Position numbers and translations under genes: made by a program | Notes under the pieces: generated by a model | Seen by the model: the letters and a program-made list of their open reading frames with translations, nothing else | Told to the model about the DNA's origin: nothing | Database searches by the model: none | Assembly: GCA_951812335.1 (NCBI GenBank) | Contig: OX638293.1 | Coordinates: forward strand, 1,358,529-1,422,528 | DNA length: 64,000 nucleotides | Source of the DNA: Rhodothermales bacterium | Lineage (GTDB): Bacteria; Bacteroidota; Rhodothermia; Rhodothermales; VXPQ01 | Direction of reading: 5' to 3' | In this document: positions 39,579-49,651 of the stretch, one piece after another | How the letters are laid out: each line of letters starts with the position of its first letter | Numbering within the stretch: position 1 is the first letter of the stretch

Positions 39579-40913
39579 ATGAAAAAGGGGAATTTTTCTC
39601 GCCGCACCTTTCTTCGGAACGCCTCGTTGTCGGCGGCAGGCGTAGCTATCGTGCCCAGGCACGTTCTGGGCGGCGTGGGATATCGCGCTCCCAGCGACCT
39701 GCTGAACATTGCAAGCATAGGCGCCGGCGGCATTGCAAATCAAAATCTCGGGAATGTGGAATCCGAGAATATCGTGGCGCTGGCCGATCCCGACTGGGAC
39801 CGGGCTTCGAGGGCCTTCGATAAGTTTTCGCAAGCGGTTAAATACAAGGATTTCCGACGGATGTTGGACGAAAGTGGCGATGACATCGACGCCGTGGTCG
39901 TGGCGACGCCGGATCACACGCATGCCGTGGCTGCCAGCATGGCCATGCAACTCGGCAAGCATGTCTACGTGCAGAAGCCGCTCACGAGGACGATCGGAGA
40001 GGCCCGGCGGTTGCTTGAATTATCCGAGCAGTACGGTGTCGTCACGCAGATGGGTAATCAGGGGCATTCCCACGACGATGGACGGCGCCTTATCGAATGG
40101 GTGCATGCCGGCGCGATCGGGACGGTTCGGGAAGCGCATATCTGGACAAATCGTCCTATCTGGCCGCAAGGCATACCGATCCCCCAGGGCAGCATGACAC
40201 CCCCGGAGCATATGGACTGGGATGTCTGGCTTGGACCTGCTCCAGAGGTGCCGTACCATGATTCGTATGCGCCGTTCACGTGGCGGGGCTGGGTGGATTG
40301 GGGCACCAGCGCATTGGGAGACATGGGCGCTCATCTCATCGACCATGCCTACTGGGCTTTGGATCTCGATTATCCCGAGTCGGTCTGGACCAGTTCCACG
40401 CCGTTTGAACATGTAGACCATGCTGCGTGGCCGCAGTCCCAGATGACGCAGTACGAATTTACCGGCAAGGACGGCAAGGCTGTCCGGATGATGTGGTATG
40501 ACGGGGGTCTCATAGCCCCGAGACCGACGGCGTTGCCCGACGATGTAACGCTCATACCGGGGGGCGGCGCGCTTCTGGTTGGCGACAAGGGCGTACTGCT
40601 GTACGATACGTACGGCCACAATCCGCGTATGTATCCGGAAAGCCTGATGGAAGAATATGCAGATGTTCCGCAGACGCTTCCCCGGATTTCGGATAGCCAC
40701 GAGATGAATTGGGTGAATGCATGTAAGGGGCTTGCCGAAGCCACTTGCCCGTTTTCCTATGCCGTACCGCTTACCGAGGTTATGTTGCTTGGTGTCGTTG
40801 CCATGCAGCATAACGGGTTGATCAAGTACGATGGGGAAACGATGACCATCCCCAATGCTCCGGAGGCTGAGGAGTATCTGCATCGTCCGTATCGCGAGGG
40901 CTGGGAGATATAG
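39579..40913 (+). CDS. Gfo/Idh/MocA oxidoreductase, Tat signal
   Basis: SRRTFLR; APSDLLNIASIGAGG; ATPDHTHA; KHVYVQKPL; TQMGNQG; GDMGAH. Confidence 0.9.
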   Translation: MKKGNFSRRTFLRNASLSAAGVAIVPRHVLGGVGYRAPSDLLNIASIGAGGIANQNLGNVESENIVALADPDWDRASRAFDKFSQAVKYKDFRRMLDESGDDIDAVVVATPDHTHAVAASMAMQLGKHVYVQKPLTRTIGEARRLLELSEQYGVVTQMGNQGHSHDDGRRLIEWVHAGAIGTVREAHIWTNRPIWPQGIPIPQGSMTPPEHMDWDVWLGPAPEVPYHDSYAPFTWRGWVDWGTSALGDMGAHLIDHAYWALDLDYPESVWTSSTPFEHVDHAAWPQSQMTQYEFTGKDGKAVRMMWYDGGLIAPRPTALPDDVTLIPGGGALLVGDKGVLLYDTYGHNPRMYPESLMEEYADVPQTLPRISDSHEMNWVNACKGLAEATCPFSYAVPLTEVMLLGVVAMQHNGLIKYDGETMTIPNAPEAEEYLHRPYREGWEI

Positions 40914-40916
40914 CGG

Positions 40917-41260
40917 ATGTTTGCGGCCGTTCGCGGCTGGGAGCACAGGCTCTTCGAGCTTGTTTTGCCGGTATCGGCGCTCGCAATGTTCGCGAATGTC
41001 GGGGGCGGGGGACAGGGCGATTTCAGGGAAGGCCCCCCGTACGATTCCTTCGAGGCGCTTGCCACGCTCGAAGCGGCCGAAGGCTTCCGGGTCGAAACCT
41101 TCGCCGCAGAGCCGCCGATTGCCCCAAGGTGGTAGCGCTGTGTGCGGAGATTGAAATATTGCGGAGGCTCGATGCGTCTCCGATGCCCGTTGGCCTCGAG
41201 GAGGACATCGATATACAGGAGATGGCCGACCTCCTGGCGTTTTTGATCAGAGCATCCTAA
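40917..41260 (+). pseudogene. Collapsed remnant of a PVC-type membrane dehydrogenase / heme-binding protein
   Basis: N-terminal EALATLEAAEGFRVETFAAEP followed out of frame by C-terminal SPMPVGLEEDIDIQEMADLLAFL*. Confidence 0.6.
41237..41257 (+). mobile_element. Solo right end of the MITE
   Basis: GCGTTTTTGATCAGAGCATCC vs GCGGTTTTGATCAGAGTATCC in other copies. Confidence 0.55.
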
Positions 41261-41266
41261 GGTCGG

Positions 41267-42670
41267 CTACGCCGTGCCTTCCAGCGCCTCGCGCATGGCC
41301 TCTACACTCGTGAATTTTACCCGGGGGCGTCCGGCTTCCTTGCCCCGAGCGGTTTCCAGTTCGTCGAGGCGCATCCAGTCTTCGTAACTGAAATAATCCC
41401 GACAGCGGTTGCGTATCGTGCGCTCTGCCTCTTCGGCCGATGGGGCTTCCGGGCAAAGAAGAATCCCCTTGCGCACATCTTCCAGCATACAGGTCGCCGT
41501 TTCCAGGGAATCGGCCTTGTTTGTGCCGATGACCCCCGAAGGTCCCCGCTTGATCCATCCCCCGGCGTATTCGCCTGTCGCATGCTTGCGGGTAGCGAGG
41601 TCCACTACGCGGCCTTGCTCGTTAGGAATTACGTTCCGCTGTTCGTCAAAGGGAACGTCGGTCAGTGGGACGCCCCGGTATCCTACGGATCGAAAGATCA
41701 ATCCGGCGGGGATCGTTTCGAAACGATCGGTGGCGCGCGGGCTCAGGCGTCCGTTTTCGCTTCGATGCAATTCGTTATGTACTACCCGTATTTCCGCTAC
41801 CCGGCCTGCGTTATCCCCGACGATCTCGGTGGGTGAAACGAGGAAGCGTATGTGCAGGCGTTTTGCCTTTCCGGAGGGACTGCATTCGGCAAATCCCCGA
41901 ACGATCTGCACGTTGCGGCGAATGCCGCGGCTTGCGGATGCGAGTGCTTCCTCGCTAAGTGGGTCAAGCGTCGCTTCTTCCGGGCGCACGATGGCGTCGG
42001 CGCCCTCCAGCGTACCCAGTTCCTTTACCTCGGGAGGAGTGAATGCAGCCTGGAGCGGACCGCGTCGGCCCAGCATATGAACCTCGCGGACCTGGCTTTC
42101 GCGCAACCTTTCGAGCGCATGATCTGCAATATCCGTAGCCGCAAGTTCTTCCGGGGTGCGGCACAATATGCGCGCTACGTCGACGGCGACATTGCCGACG
42201 CCGATGACGACAACGGATTTTGCGGACAGATCGAACTCGAGATGGCGGTAGTCGGGATGTCCGTTGTACCATGCCACAAATTCTGTCGCCGAATGGCTGC
42301 CATGCAGGTCTTCGCCGGGAATACCGAGTGAGCGATCCGTTTGCGCCCCGGTGGCATAAAAAATCTGATGGTAATGGCGCTGCAGGTCGGCGCGGGTCAC
42401 GTCCGAACCGAAACACACGTTTCCAAAAAAACGGAACCCGGGCCTGGAGGCGGTTTTGTGGTAGACCCGGGTGACGTTCTTGATACTCTGATGGTCCGGC
42501 GCCACGCCGCCCCGGACCAGGCCGAATGGCGTAGGAAGCCGGTCAAACATGTCAATCTCGACATGCAGATCGGATTGCTTCAGTAAATAATCGGCTGCGT
42601 AGAAGGCGGCGGGGCCGGCGCCCACAATAGCGATGCGAAGAGGTTGGTTTTCGGCGCCCGGTGCTGACAT
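41267..42670 (-). CDS. Ferredoxin--NADP+ reductase (FprA / adrenodoxin reductase type)
   Basis: GAGPAAFY, PTPFGLVRGGVAPDH, GVGNVAVDVAR, GWIKRGPSGVIGTN. Confidence 0.9.
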   Translation of the reverse strand: MSAPGAENQPLRIAIVGAGPAAFYAADYLLKQSDLHVEIDMFDRLPTPFGLVRGGVAPDHQSIKNVTRVYHKTASRPGFRFFGNVCFGSDVTRADLQRHYHQIFYATGAQTDRSLGIPGEDLHGSHSATEFVAWYNGHPDYRHLEFDLSAKSVVVIGVGNVAVDVARILCRTPEELAATDIADHALERLRESQVREVHMLGRRGPLQAAFTPPEVKELGTLEGADAIVRPEEATLDPLSEEALASASRGIRRNVQIVRGFAECSPSGKAKRLHIRFLVSPTEIVGDNAGRVAEIRVVHNELHRSENGRLSPRATDRFETIPAGLIFRSVGYRGVPLTDVPFDEQRNVIPNEQGRVVDLATRKHATGEYAGGWIKRGPSGVIGTNKADSLETATCMLEDVRKGILLCPEAPSAEEAERTIRNRCRDYFSYEDWMRLDELETARGKEAGRPRVKFTSVEAMREALEGTA

Positions 42671-42795
42671 GGAAATTGAGGGACTAAGTGACTATTTGTC
42701 GGGTACCGTGCTGGCGTATGTATCCTGTAACCATGCGCCATCATGCGATAAAGCAGGCATTTCACCGTAAGGGGGATACCTGTTAATGCATCGCA

Positions 42796-42827
42796 TGCTG
42801 AGCGAAGCGGTTTCGATCAGAGTATAC
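42796..42827 (+). mobile_element. MITE right-end fragment
   Basis: TGCTGAGCGAAGCGGTTTCGATCAGAGTATAC. Confidence 0.7.
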
Positions 42828-42860
42828 TGAACCATATCCGCATAAAATACGAACAGTTAA

Positions 42861-42960
42861 GGATACTCTGATTAAGTTCGCAAAGATCAGAGGTTGCGAG
42901 GGGTGGGCTGGAAAGGAATGACGAAGCAGTGTATATGGCGGCCCCGCACAATGAGGAATG
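42861..42960 (+). mobile_element. MITE left-end fragment
   Basis: TTAA then GGATACTCTGATTAAGTTCGCAAAG...GCCCCGCACAATGAGGAATG. Confidence 0.8.
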
Positions 42961-43067
42961 TTGCAGGCGTCGAGTAGCGGCCGTTTGCCGGGCAATGCCG
43001 CAATGCCTATCATGCAAAACGCTTTTTTGTTTGTTCTGGAATCCCCTTGTCGGGGATATAACAGCAC

Positions 43068-44534
43068 GTGTTTGCAGCTCCCGGTTCTTCATCGACAGCA
43101 TCCGCTCTTCACTTCAGACAGTGGGTCGGTCTCGGCGCAGGCGCGCTTTTATGCGTGGTCTTGCTGCTTATGCCTCCCCCCGCGGATATGCCGCTTCCTG
43201 CTTGGAGAGTAGCGGCCGTGGGCATACTGATGGCAATCTGGTGGATGACCGAGGCCATTCCCATATCCGCTACGGCGCTTTTGCCGCTTGCGCTTTTTCC
43301 TTTACTGGGTATTGCGGATATACGCGCTACGGCAGCTCCCTACGCGAACCCGCTGATTTTTCTGTTTCTTGGCGGTTTTTTGATTGCGGCGGGTATGGAG
43401 CGGTGGAATCTTCACCGTCGCCTCGCCTTGCGTATCATCGCCATGATGGGGCCGCGTCCCTATGCGATTCTGGCCGGGTTTATGATCGCGTCTGCGTTTT
43501 TGAGCATGTGGGTGAGTAATACGGCGACCGCGCTGATGATGCTGCCGATCGGGTTGTCCGTGGCGGAACTCGTGCGCCGGACCGACTCGAAGGAGGTGCA
43601 GCATTTTACGATAGGGCTTATGCTGATTATTGCGTATTCGTGCAGCATAGGCGGTATTGCGACACTGGTTGGAACCCCTCCGAATGCGTTTTTTGCGGGA
43701 TTCATGCTGGAGACGTACGGCGTGTCCGTCGGGTTCGTGGAATGGATGCAGGTCGGCGCGCCCATGGCCCTGATCGCTCTCCCGCTTATGTATTTTGTGC
43801 TTACAAGGGTGATCTATCCGATCGAAATCCGGGAAATTCCTGGCGGAGCTGCATTCATCCGTTCCGAACTGGCTGCAATGGGGCGCATGAGCCGCCCGGA
43901 AAAGATGGTGATGGTTCTGTTTGTCATCGCTGCCGCCTTGTGGATGACGCGGCCTCTGCTCGCGCCGATGATTCCGGGTCTGTCGGATGCAGGAATCGCT
44001 ATGGGGGTCGGCTTGCTCTTTTTTCTGTTGCCGGTCGATATCCCTAAAAGGGTGTTTCTGCTCGAGTGGAACGATGCCGAACGTTTGCCATGGGGATTGC
44101 TCGTTCTGTTCGGCGGCGGGTTGAGTCTTGCAGCGGCGATCAATGACACCGGGCTGGCGGCCTGGCTTGGCGGGCAAGCCGTTCTTATCGAAGAATGGCC
44201 GGTTTTCCTGATTGTACTGGCTATAGCAACTACGATCATTTTTCTGACGGAATTGACCAGCAATATCGCAACGGTTGCCGCGTTTCTTCCGATCGTGGCT
44301 TCTATCGGGGTGGGCCTCGGCGAGTCTCCTCTGGTGTTCGCCGTGCCCGCCGTACTTGCCGCAAGCTGCGCATTCATGCTGCCCGTTGCGACGCCCCCGA
44401 ACGCCATCGTATATAGCAGCGAGTACGTAACGATTCCCCGTATGGCGCGCGCCGGTATTCTTTTGAATATTCTTTTTATTTTTCTGGTGAGCCTCATAGG
44501 GTACATCTTGCTTCCTCTGGTAAATCTCGGATAG
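43068..44534 (+). CDS. DASS/SLC13 Na+-coupled anion (dicarboxylate/sulfate) symporter
   Basis: WMTEAIP, LSMWVSNTAT, GTPPN, TELTSN, AFMLPVATPPNAIV. Confidence 0.9.
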   Translation: MFAAPGSSSTASALHFRQWVGLGAGALLCVVLLLMPPPADMPLPAWRVAAVGILMAIWWMTEAIPISATALLPLALFPLLGIADIRATAAPYANPLIFLFLGGFLIAAGMERWNLHRRLALRIIAMMGPRPYAILAGFMIASAFLSMWVSNTATALMMLPIGLSVAELVRRTDSKEVQHFTIGLMLIIAYSCSIGGIATLVGTPPNAFFAGFMLETYGVSVGFVEWMQVGAPMALIALPLMYFVLTRVIYPIEIREIPGGAAFIRSELAAMGRMSRPEKMVMVLFVIAAALWMTRPLLAPMIPGLSDAGIAMGVGLLFFLLPVDIPKRVFLLEWNDAERLPWGLLVLFGGGLSLAAAINDTGLAAWLGGQAVLIEEWPVFLIVLAIATTIIFLTELTSNIATVAAFLPIVASIGVGLGESPLVFAVPAVLAASCAFMLPVATPPNAIVYSSEYVTIPRMARAGILLNILFIFLVSLIGYILLPLVNLG

Positions 44535-44634
44535 CGCCACATGCTGCGGCAGCTGCTTGCTTTGGGCATCGTTCCGATCCGTTGCCTTGCAGGATGCGAA
44601 TCGCTACATTGATTTCCTAATGAACACAATCCGT

Positions 44635-44682
44635 GCGCGCCCCTCGCAGCTTCTGGGCTTTGCGGACTTAATCAGAGTATCC
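44635..44682 (-). mobile_element. MITE end fragment
   Basis: CTTTGCGGACTTAATCAGAGTATCC. Confidence 0.75.
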
Positions 44683-44708
44683 CGTATTCGATTCCATAAC
44701 GAACTATC

Positions 44709-45971
44709 ATGGCGATCATAGCAACCGGAAACGTTTGGTGGAAAAAATTGCACTGGCAGATACTGATCGCGATGGCGATCGGTATCGGGGCTGGTATGAT
44801 AGGAGGGGAGCCCCTCGCCGATAGGGTGGAATGGATCGGACAATTGTTCATGAAGCTGCTTCGTATGGTTATCGTTCCTCTGGTGTTCGCATCTATTGTC
44901 GCCGGGGTCTCGTCGGTGGGTAGCGGTCGCGCCGTAGGGCGGCTGTTCTCTAAAACCCTCGGGTATTATGTACTGACAAGCCTACTGGCTATCGCCACCG
45001 GCCTGATGCTTGTGAATATTTTCCGTCCGGGCGAAAAGACGGATGTCGCGAATGCTATCCAGGCCGATATGCCCGATCTCAAAACGCCCAGTTCCCCGGT
45101 GGATATTCTTATGGATATCGTACCGGCCAATGTGATCGAGGCGGCGGCGGGAACCCAGATGCTTGCGATTATTTTCTTCAGCATCATCCTGGGCCTGGCA
45201 ATTGTGAGTTTGCCGGAGAAGCCGCAGGCCACGCTTCGGAATGTATTCGATGCGTTTTTCCAGGCCATGATGAAGATTACCACCGGTGTGATCATGGTGG
45301 CGCCCATCGGCGTTTTCGGTCTGATCGCCACGCTGGTGGGCCGTACGGGCTTTGAAACGTTCGGGGCTCTGGGGCTATACATGTTCGTGTTATCGCTCGG
45401 CCTGACGATTCACCTGTTCGTTACACTGCCTCTGGTACTGTTTTTCCTCGGGCGGATAAACCCGATCGTGCATTTCCGGAATATGATCGAGCCGCTCGTT
45501 ACGGCATTCTCGACCGCTTCGTCGGGCGCCACGCTTCCCGTCACGATGCAGACCGTGGAAACCAAGGTGGGTGTGTCGAGTCGCGTATCGTCGTTTACGC
45601 TGCCGATGGGCGCCACGGTGAATATGGACGGCACGGCGCTCTACGAATGCCTCGGGGCGATTTTCATTGCTCAGGCGCTGGGCGTGTCGCTGGGTTTCAC
45701 GGAACAGGTGGTTGTCGTGCTTACGGCGTTACTGGCCTCGATAGGAGCTGCCGCCATTCCTTCCGCAGGCCTGGTGGTGATCTTTATCGTGCTGGAAGCG
45801 GTGGGGCTGACCGGAGCGGGTCCGGCATTCATCGTGGGCGCCATGCTCGCCATAGATCGTCCGCTCGATATGTTCAGAACCGCCGTGAATGTGTACAGCG
45901 ATTCGTGCGGTGCCGCGATTATCGCCCGTTCGGAGGGGGAAGAAAACGTGGACACGCACGTCGTTACGTAG
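44709..45971 (+). CDS. Dicarboxylate/amino acid:cation symporter (DAACS, GltP/DctA family)
   Basis: AFSTASSGATLP, GATVNMDGTALY, DMFRTAVNV. Confidence 0.92.
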   Translation: MAIIATGNVWWKKLHWQILIAMAIGIGAGMIGGEPLADRVEWIGQLFMKLLRMVIVPLVFASIVAGVSSVGSGRAVGRLFSKTLGYYVLTSLLAIATGLMLVNIFRPGEKTDVANAIQADMPDLKTPSSPVDILMDIVPANVIEAAAGTQMLAIIFFSIILGLAIVSLPEKPQATLRNVFDAFFQAMMKITTGVIMVAPIGVFGLIATLVGRTGFETFGALGLYMFVLSLGLTIHLFVTLPLVLFFLGRINPIVHFRNMIEPLVTAFSTASSGATLPVTMQTVETKVGVSSRVSSFTLPMGATVNMDGTALYECLGAIFIAQALGVSLGFTEQVVVVLTALLASIGAAAIPSAGLVVIFIVLEAVGLTGAGPAFIVGAMLAIDRPLDMFRTAVNVYSDSCGAAIIARSEGEENVDTHVVT

Positions 45972-45989
45972 CTTGGGCTATGCCTTTAA

Positions 45990-46052
45990 GGATATTCTGA
46001 CCCGAACCGCTTCGCTCAGCCTCTGAGCTTTGCGGACTTAATCAGAGTATCC
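45990..46052 (-). mobile_element. Minimal 63-bp MITE derivative overlapping the pckA 3' end
   Basis: Both termini GGATATTCTGA / TCAGAGTATCC joined at CTCAGC. Confidence 0.8.
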
Positions 46053-47638
46053 TTCTGCAAAACCGGTCCGCCGGCGAGCATATCCGGGGACGCCTTGTCC
46101 CTGTACCGTTCGAAATTTTCTGCGAAACGGTTCGCCAGATCGCGCGCCTGCCGGTCGTACGCTTCCTTGCTGGCCCAGGTTGTGCGCGGGGACAGGAGGG
46201 TGTCCGGCAGGCCGGGGCATGCGGTCGGCACGGCAAAGCCGAAGACCGGGTCGGTTCGCATGCGTTGTTTACGCAGCGACCTATCGTGAATCGCATCGAT
46301 TATCCGGCGCGTGCGGGCAAGGGAAATGCGCTTTCCGACGCCGTACGGCCCTCCGGTGAATCCGGTATTCACGAGCCATGAGTCGGCGTCGTGTGCACGC
46401 ATTTTTTCGGCCAGCAATTCCGCATACTTGCCGGGATGCCATACCATGAACGCTGCCCCGAGACAGGCCGAAAAGGTAGATTCGGGTTCCTTCACGCCTT
46501 CCTCGGTACCTGCTACTTTTGCCGTGTATCCACTGATAAAATGGTACATGGCCTGCCCGGGGGTCAGTTTTGCAACCGGGGGGAGAACGCCGAATGCATC
46601 ATAGGTCAGAAAGATAATATTGTGCGGGTGCCCCCCGGTACAAGGTATCTTCGCATTGGCGATATACTCGACAGGGTATGACGCTCGTGTATTGACGGTG
46701 ATGCTCGTATCGGCAAAATCTACCGCCCGGGTTACGTTGTCGTATACCACATTTTCGAGAATAGTCCCGTAGCGGATCGCCTCGTAGATCTCCGGTTCTT
46801 CTTCACGAGATAAATTGACCACCTTGGCGTAACAACCGCCCTCTATGTTGAAGATGCCGTTTCCCCCCCATCCATGTTCGTCGTCCCCGATCAAGCGACG
46901 ACGCGGATCGGCGGAAAGCGCGGTTTTACCGGTGCCGGAAAGACCGAAGAAGAGGGTAACATCTCCATCTGCGCCTTCATTGGCCGAGCAGTGCATCGAA
47001 AGTACATGCTCCTTTGGCATCAGGTAATTCATGATGGTGAAGACGCCCTTTTTCATTTCTCCTGCATACGCCGTTCCGAGGATAATCATTTCCCGATCCT
47101 CGAAACTGAGATCGACGCTGGTTTTCGAGGTCATATGCGAGGTGAGCCGGTTACAGGGAAATTCGCCGGCATTGAAGATCGTATAATCCGGTTCGCCGAA
47201 ATTCGGCAAGTCTTCCTCAGGAACGCGGATCAGCATGTTGTGCATGAAAAGGGCATGGTACGCCCGTGAACAAACGATGCGCACCTTGATCCGGTGATGC
47301 GGATCCCATCCGGCATACCCGTCCAGGACATACAAATGATCTTTTGTGTTAAAGAAATCAATAGCCCGTTCCCGGTTGACGAGGTAGGTATGATGATCCA
47401 GTTCAATATTGATGGGTCCCCACCAGATGTCGTGGATGCTGTCGGGATGCTCTACGAGTCGCTTATCGGCAGGGCTGCGTCCCGTCTTATCGCCGGATCG
47501 GATGGCGATGGCTCCACTGTCTACGATAGCGGCGGGTTCCTGTCGGATAATATGCTCGTAAAGCTGCGCAGGGGCGAGATTGCGGTATACCGGGTCCACG
47601 TGTATCCCGGCATATTCGAGCGAAATCCGGTGGTGCAT
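46016..47638 (-). CDS. pckA: Phosphoenolpyruvate carboxykinase (ATP)
   Basis: KTGRSP, YAGEMKKG, SMHCSAN, GLSGTGKT, LIGDDEHGW, NIEGGCYAK. Confidence 0.95.
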   Translation of the reverse strand: MHHRISLEYAGIHVDPVYRNLAPAQLYEHIIRQEPAAIVDSGAIAIRSGDKTGRSPADKRLVEHPDSIHDIWWGPINIELDHHTYLVNRERAIDFFNTKDHLYVLDGYAGWDPHHRIKVRIVCSRAYHALFMHNMLIRVPEEDLPNFGEPDYTIFNAGEFPCNRLTSHMTSKTSVDLSFEDREMIILGTAYAGEMKKGVFTIMNYLMPKEHVLSMHCSANEGADGDVTLFFGLSGTGKTALSADPRRRLIGDDEHGWGGNGIFNIEGGCYAKVVNLSREEEPEIYEAIRYGTILENVVYDNVTRAVDFADTSITVNTRASYPVEYIANAKIPCTGGHPHNIIFLTYDAFGVLPPVAKLTPGQAMYHFISGYTAKVAGTEEGVKEPESTFSACLGAAFMVWHPGKYAELLAEKMRAHDADSWLVNTGFTGGPYGVGKRISLARTRRIIDAIHDRSLRKQRMRTDPVFGFAVPTACPGLPDTLLSPRTTWASKEAYDRQARDLANRFAENFERYRDKASPDMLAGGPVLQKDTLIKSAKLRG

Positions 47639-47722
47639 GCTGATTTTTGCTGGTGAACGAGGCGAGTAGCCGTTGGGCAATGCAAGCGGGGGTGGGGATG
47701 GCAGGCCCATATCCCACCTCTT

Positions 47723-49219
47723 TTACAGGTCGGCTATGGTGCGAAAAGAAGCGCGCAGGGCGGGGTAGAGATCGCGGTATGCATGATAGCAGGTGCGGTA
47801 GCGCGCCGCCGTTTCCGGGTTTTGGGGGGTATTCCCGGTGACGCGGATGGCAGCGCCGCAGGCCTCGTGTACATCGCGCCAGGCTCCCACGCCTGTACCG
47901 GCGAGCAGCGCGGCGCCGAATGCGGCTCCTTCCGTGGTATTGACGGTGACCAATTCTGTTTCCAGCACGTCCGCAAGAATGTTTCTCCAGAGCATGCTGC
48001 GGGCGCCGCCGCCGGATATCCGCACCTGCTCGATGGAGGCCAGGCCCGCGCTCCGCATAATTTCAAAGCTGTCACGCAGGCCGAAGGCAACGCCTTCAAG
48101 GACGGAGCGAGTCATGTGTTTGCTTTCGTGGCGAACCGTTAATCCGACAAAGGCGCCGCGCGCCATGGGATCGGCATGGGGGGTGCGCTCTCCGGTCAAG
48201 TAGGGAAGAAAAAGGAGACCTTGCGCACCGGGCTGTACATCCTGTGCAGGATCCAGAAGATCGTCCCATGATTTGTTCGGGAAGAGCATGTCCCGGTACC
48301 ATCGCAAACTTCCCGCTGCCGAAAGCATGACACCCATCAGGTGCCAGGTATCCGGCACCGCGTGACAGAAGGCATGCAGTCGCCCATCCGGGTCAATAAA
48401 AGGGTTGTTCACGGAAGCGAATACCACCCCGGATGTTCCGAGCGTGAGCGCCACGATGCCTTCCTGCACCGCTCCGACCCCAACGGCCTGCGCACTTTGA
48501 TCGCCGCCGCCCGCGACGACGGGCGTTCCCGCAATCAAACCGGTAGCTTCCGCAGCTTCGTGTGAAACTGTTCCCGTGATGTCCGGACCTTCGTGCGTAG
48601 GGGGGAGCCATTGGGAGGGAATATCGAGCTTTGCAAGCAATTCGCTTGACCAGTCGCGCTTGCGCACATCGAGCAACAACGTGCCTGCCGCACCCGCCCG
48701 ATCCGTTGCGTACTCTCCGGTGAGTCGAAACCGCACATAATCTTTCGGGAGAAGCACTTGCCGGATTTTGTCGAAAATCGCCGGTTCGTGCCGGCGGACC
48801 CACAGGATCTTTGGGGCGGTGAATCCGGTCAGCGCATCGTTTCCCGTGCGTGCAATCAGTTCCGCGCGTCCTACCCGTTCAATAATATCATCGCATTCGG
48901 CGGAGGTGCGCTGATCGTTCCAAAGGATCGCAGGACGCAGCACGCGGCCGGCGGCATCCAGCAAAACAAGACCGTGCATCTGGCCTGTCAGTCCGATAGC
49001 GGTCACTTCCTTGCCGGGGATATCCGCTCCGGCCAGGGCCTTGCGTATGCTTTCCGTCGCGCCATGCCACCACAAGGAAGGGGCCTGTTCGCTCCATTGC
49101 GGGTGCGGCGTGTCTAAGGCATACTCCGTGGACGCCGTTTGCAGGACCGTGCCTTGTTCGTCGATCACGAGCGCCTTTGTTGCCGTGGTCGAAACGTCTA
49201 TACCAACGAAATACGACAT
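47723..49219 (-). CDS. xylB: Xylulokinase (FGGY family)
   Basis: GIDVSTTATK, GLTGQMHG, ILWNDQR, GGGDQ, PYLTGERTP. Confidence 0.9.
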   Translation of the reverse strand: MSYFVGIDVSTTATKALVIDEQGTVLQTASTEYALDTPHPQWSEQAPSLWWHGATESIRKALAGADIPGKEVTAIGLTGQMHGLVLLDAAGRVLRPAILWNDQRTSAECDDIIERVGRAELIARTGNDALTGFTAPKILWVRRHEPAIFDKIRQVLLPKDYVRFRLTGEYATDRAGAAGTLLLDVRKRDWSSELLAKLDIPSQWLPPTHEGPDITGTVSHEAAEATGLIAGTPVVAGGGDQSAQAVGVGAVQEGIVALTLGTSGVVFASVNNPFIDPDGRLHAFCHAVPDTWHLMGVMLSAAGSLRWYRDMLFPNKSWDDLLDPAQDVQPGAQGLLFLPYLTGERTPHADPMARGAFVGLTVRHESKHMTRSVLEGVAFGLRDSFEIMRSAGLASIEQVRISGGGARSMLWRNILADVLETELVTVNTTEGAAFGAALLAGTGVGAWRDVHEACGAAIRVTGNTPQNPETAARYRTCYHAYRDLYPALRASFRTIADL

Positions 49220-49291
49220 GGATTGATCGGTAGGAAGGAGATATTTGCCGGAATGTACGAGCAGGAAGCTGCATAAGCATGAAAGAATATA

Positions 49292-49545
49292 GGATACTCC
49301 GATCAAGACCGCTTCGCCCGGCGCTTCACTTTCGCAAGCACAGGACGTCATGATTCCATCTTCGGAATCAGCGGAAATCACTGCGGATTCGGGGCGTCGC
49401 GGGCGTGACGCGCCCTTCGGGAGACTGCGAGGGGCGCCCTGGCCGCGTCATTCCTCATTATGCGGGGCCTGCCACATTGCTTCGTCATTTCTTGCCGGCG
49501 CACCCCTCTCAGCCTCTGAGCTTTGCGGACTAAATCAGAGTATCC
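49292..49545 (-). mobile_element. 254-bp MITE-like element, full copy (reverse orientation)
   Basis: GGATACTCCGATC...AATCAGAGTATCC; colinear with 26319-26572. Confidence 0.85.
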
Positions 49546-49548
49546 TGC

Positions 49549-49582
49549 AAAAAGGGATGGCCCGTCCGGCGGACCATCCCTT
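49549..49582 (-). terminator. Intrinsic terminator downstream of HiPIP gene
   Basis: Minus strand AAGGGATGGTCCG-loop-CGGGCCATCCCTT followed by T run. Confidence 0.7.
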
Positions 49583-49651
49583 GATAATTCTCCTTTACAA
49601 ATTTTTCAAGCGCACCCCGGTGCGAGGGCCGGGAATATGCTTGCCGATGCG

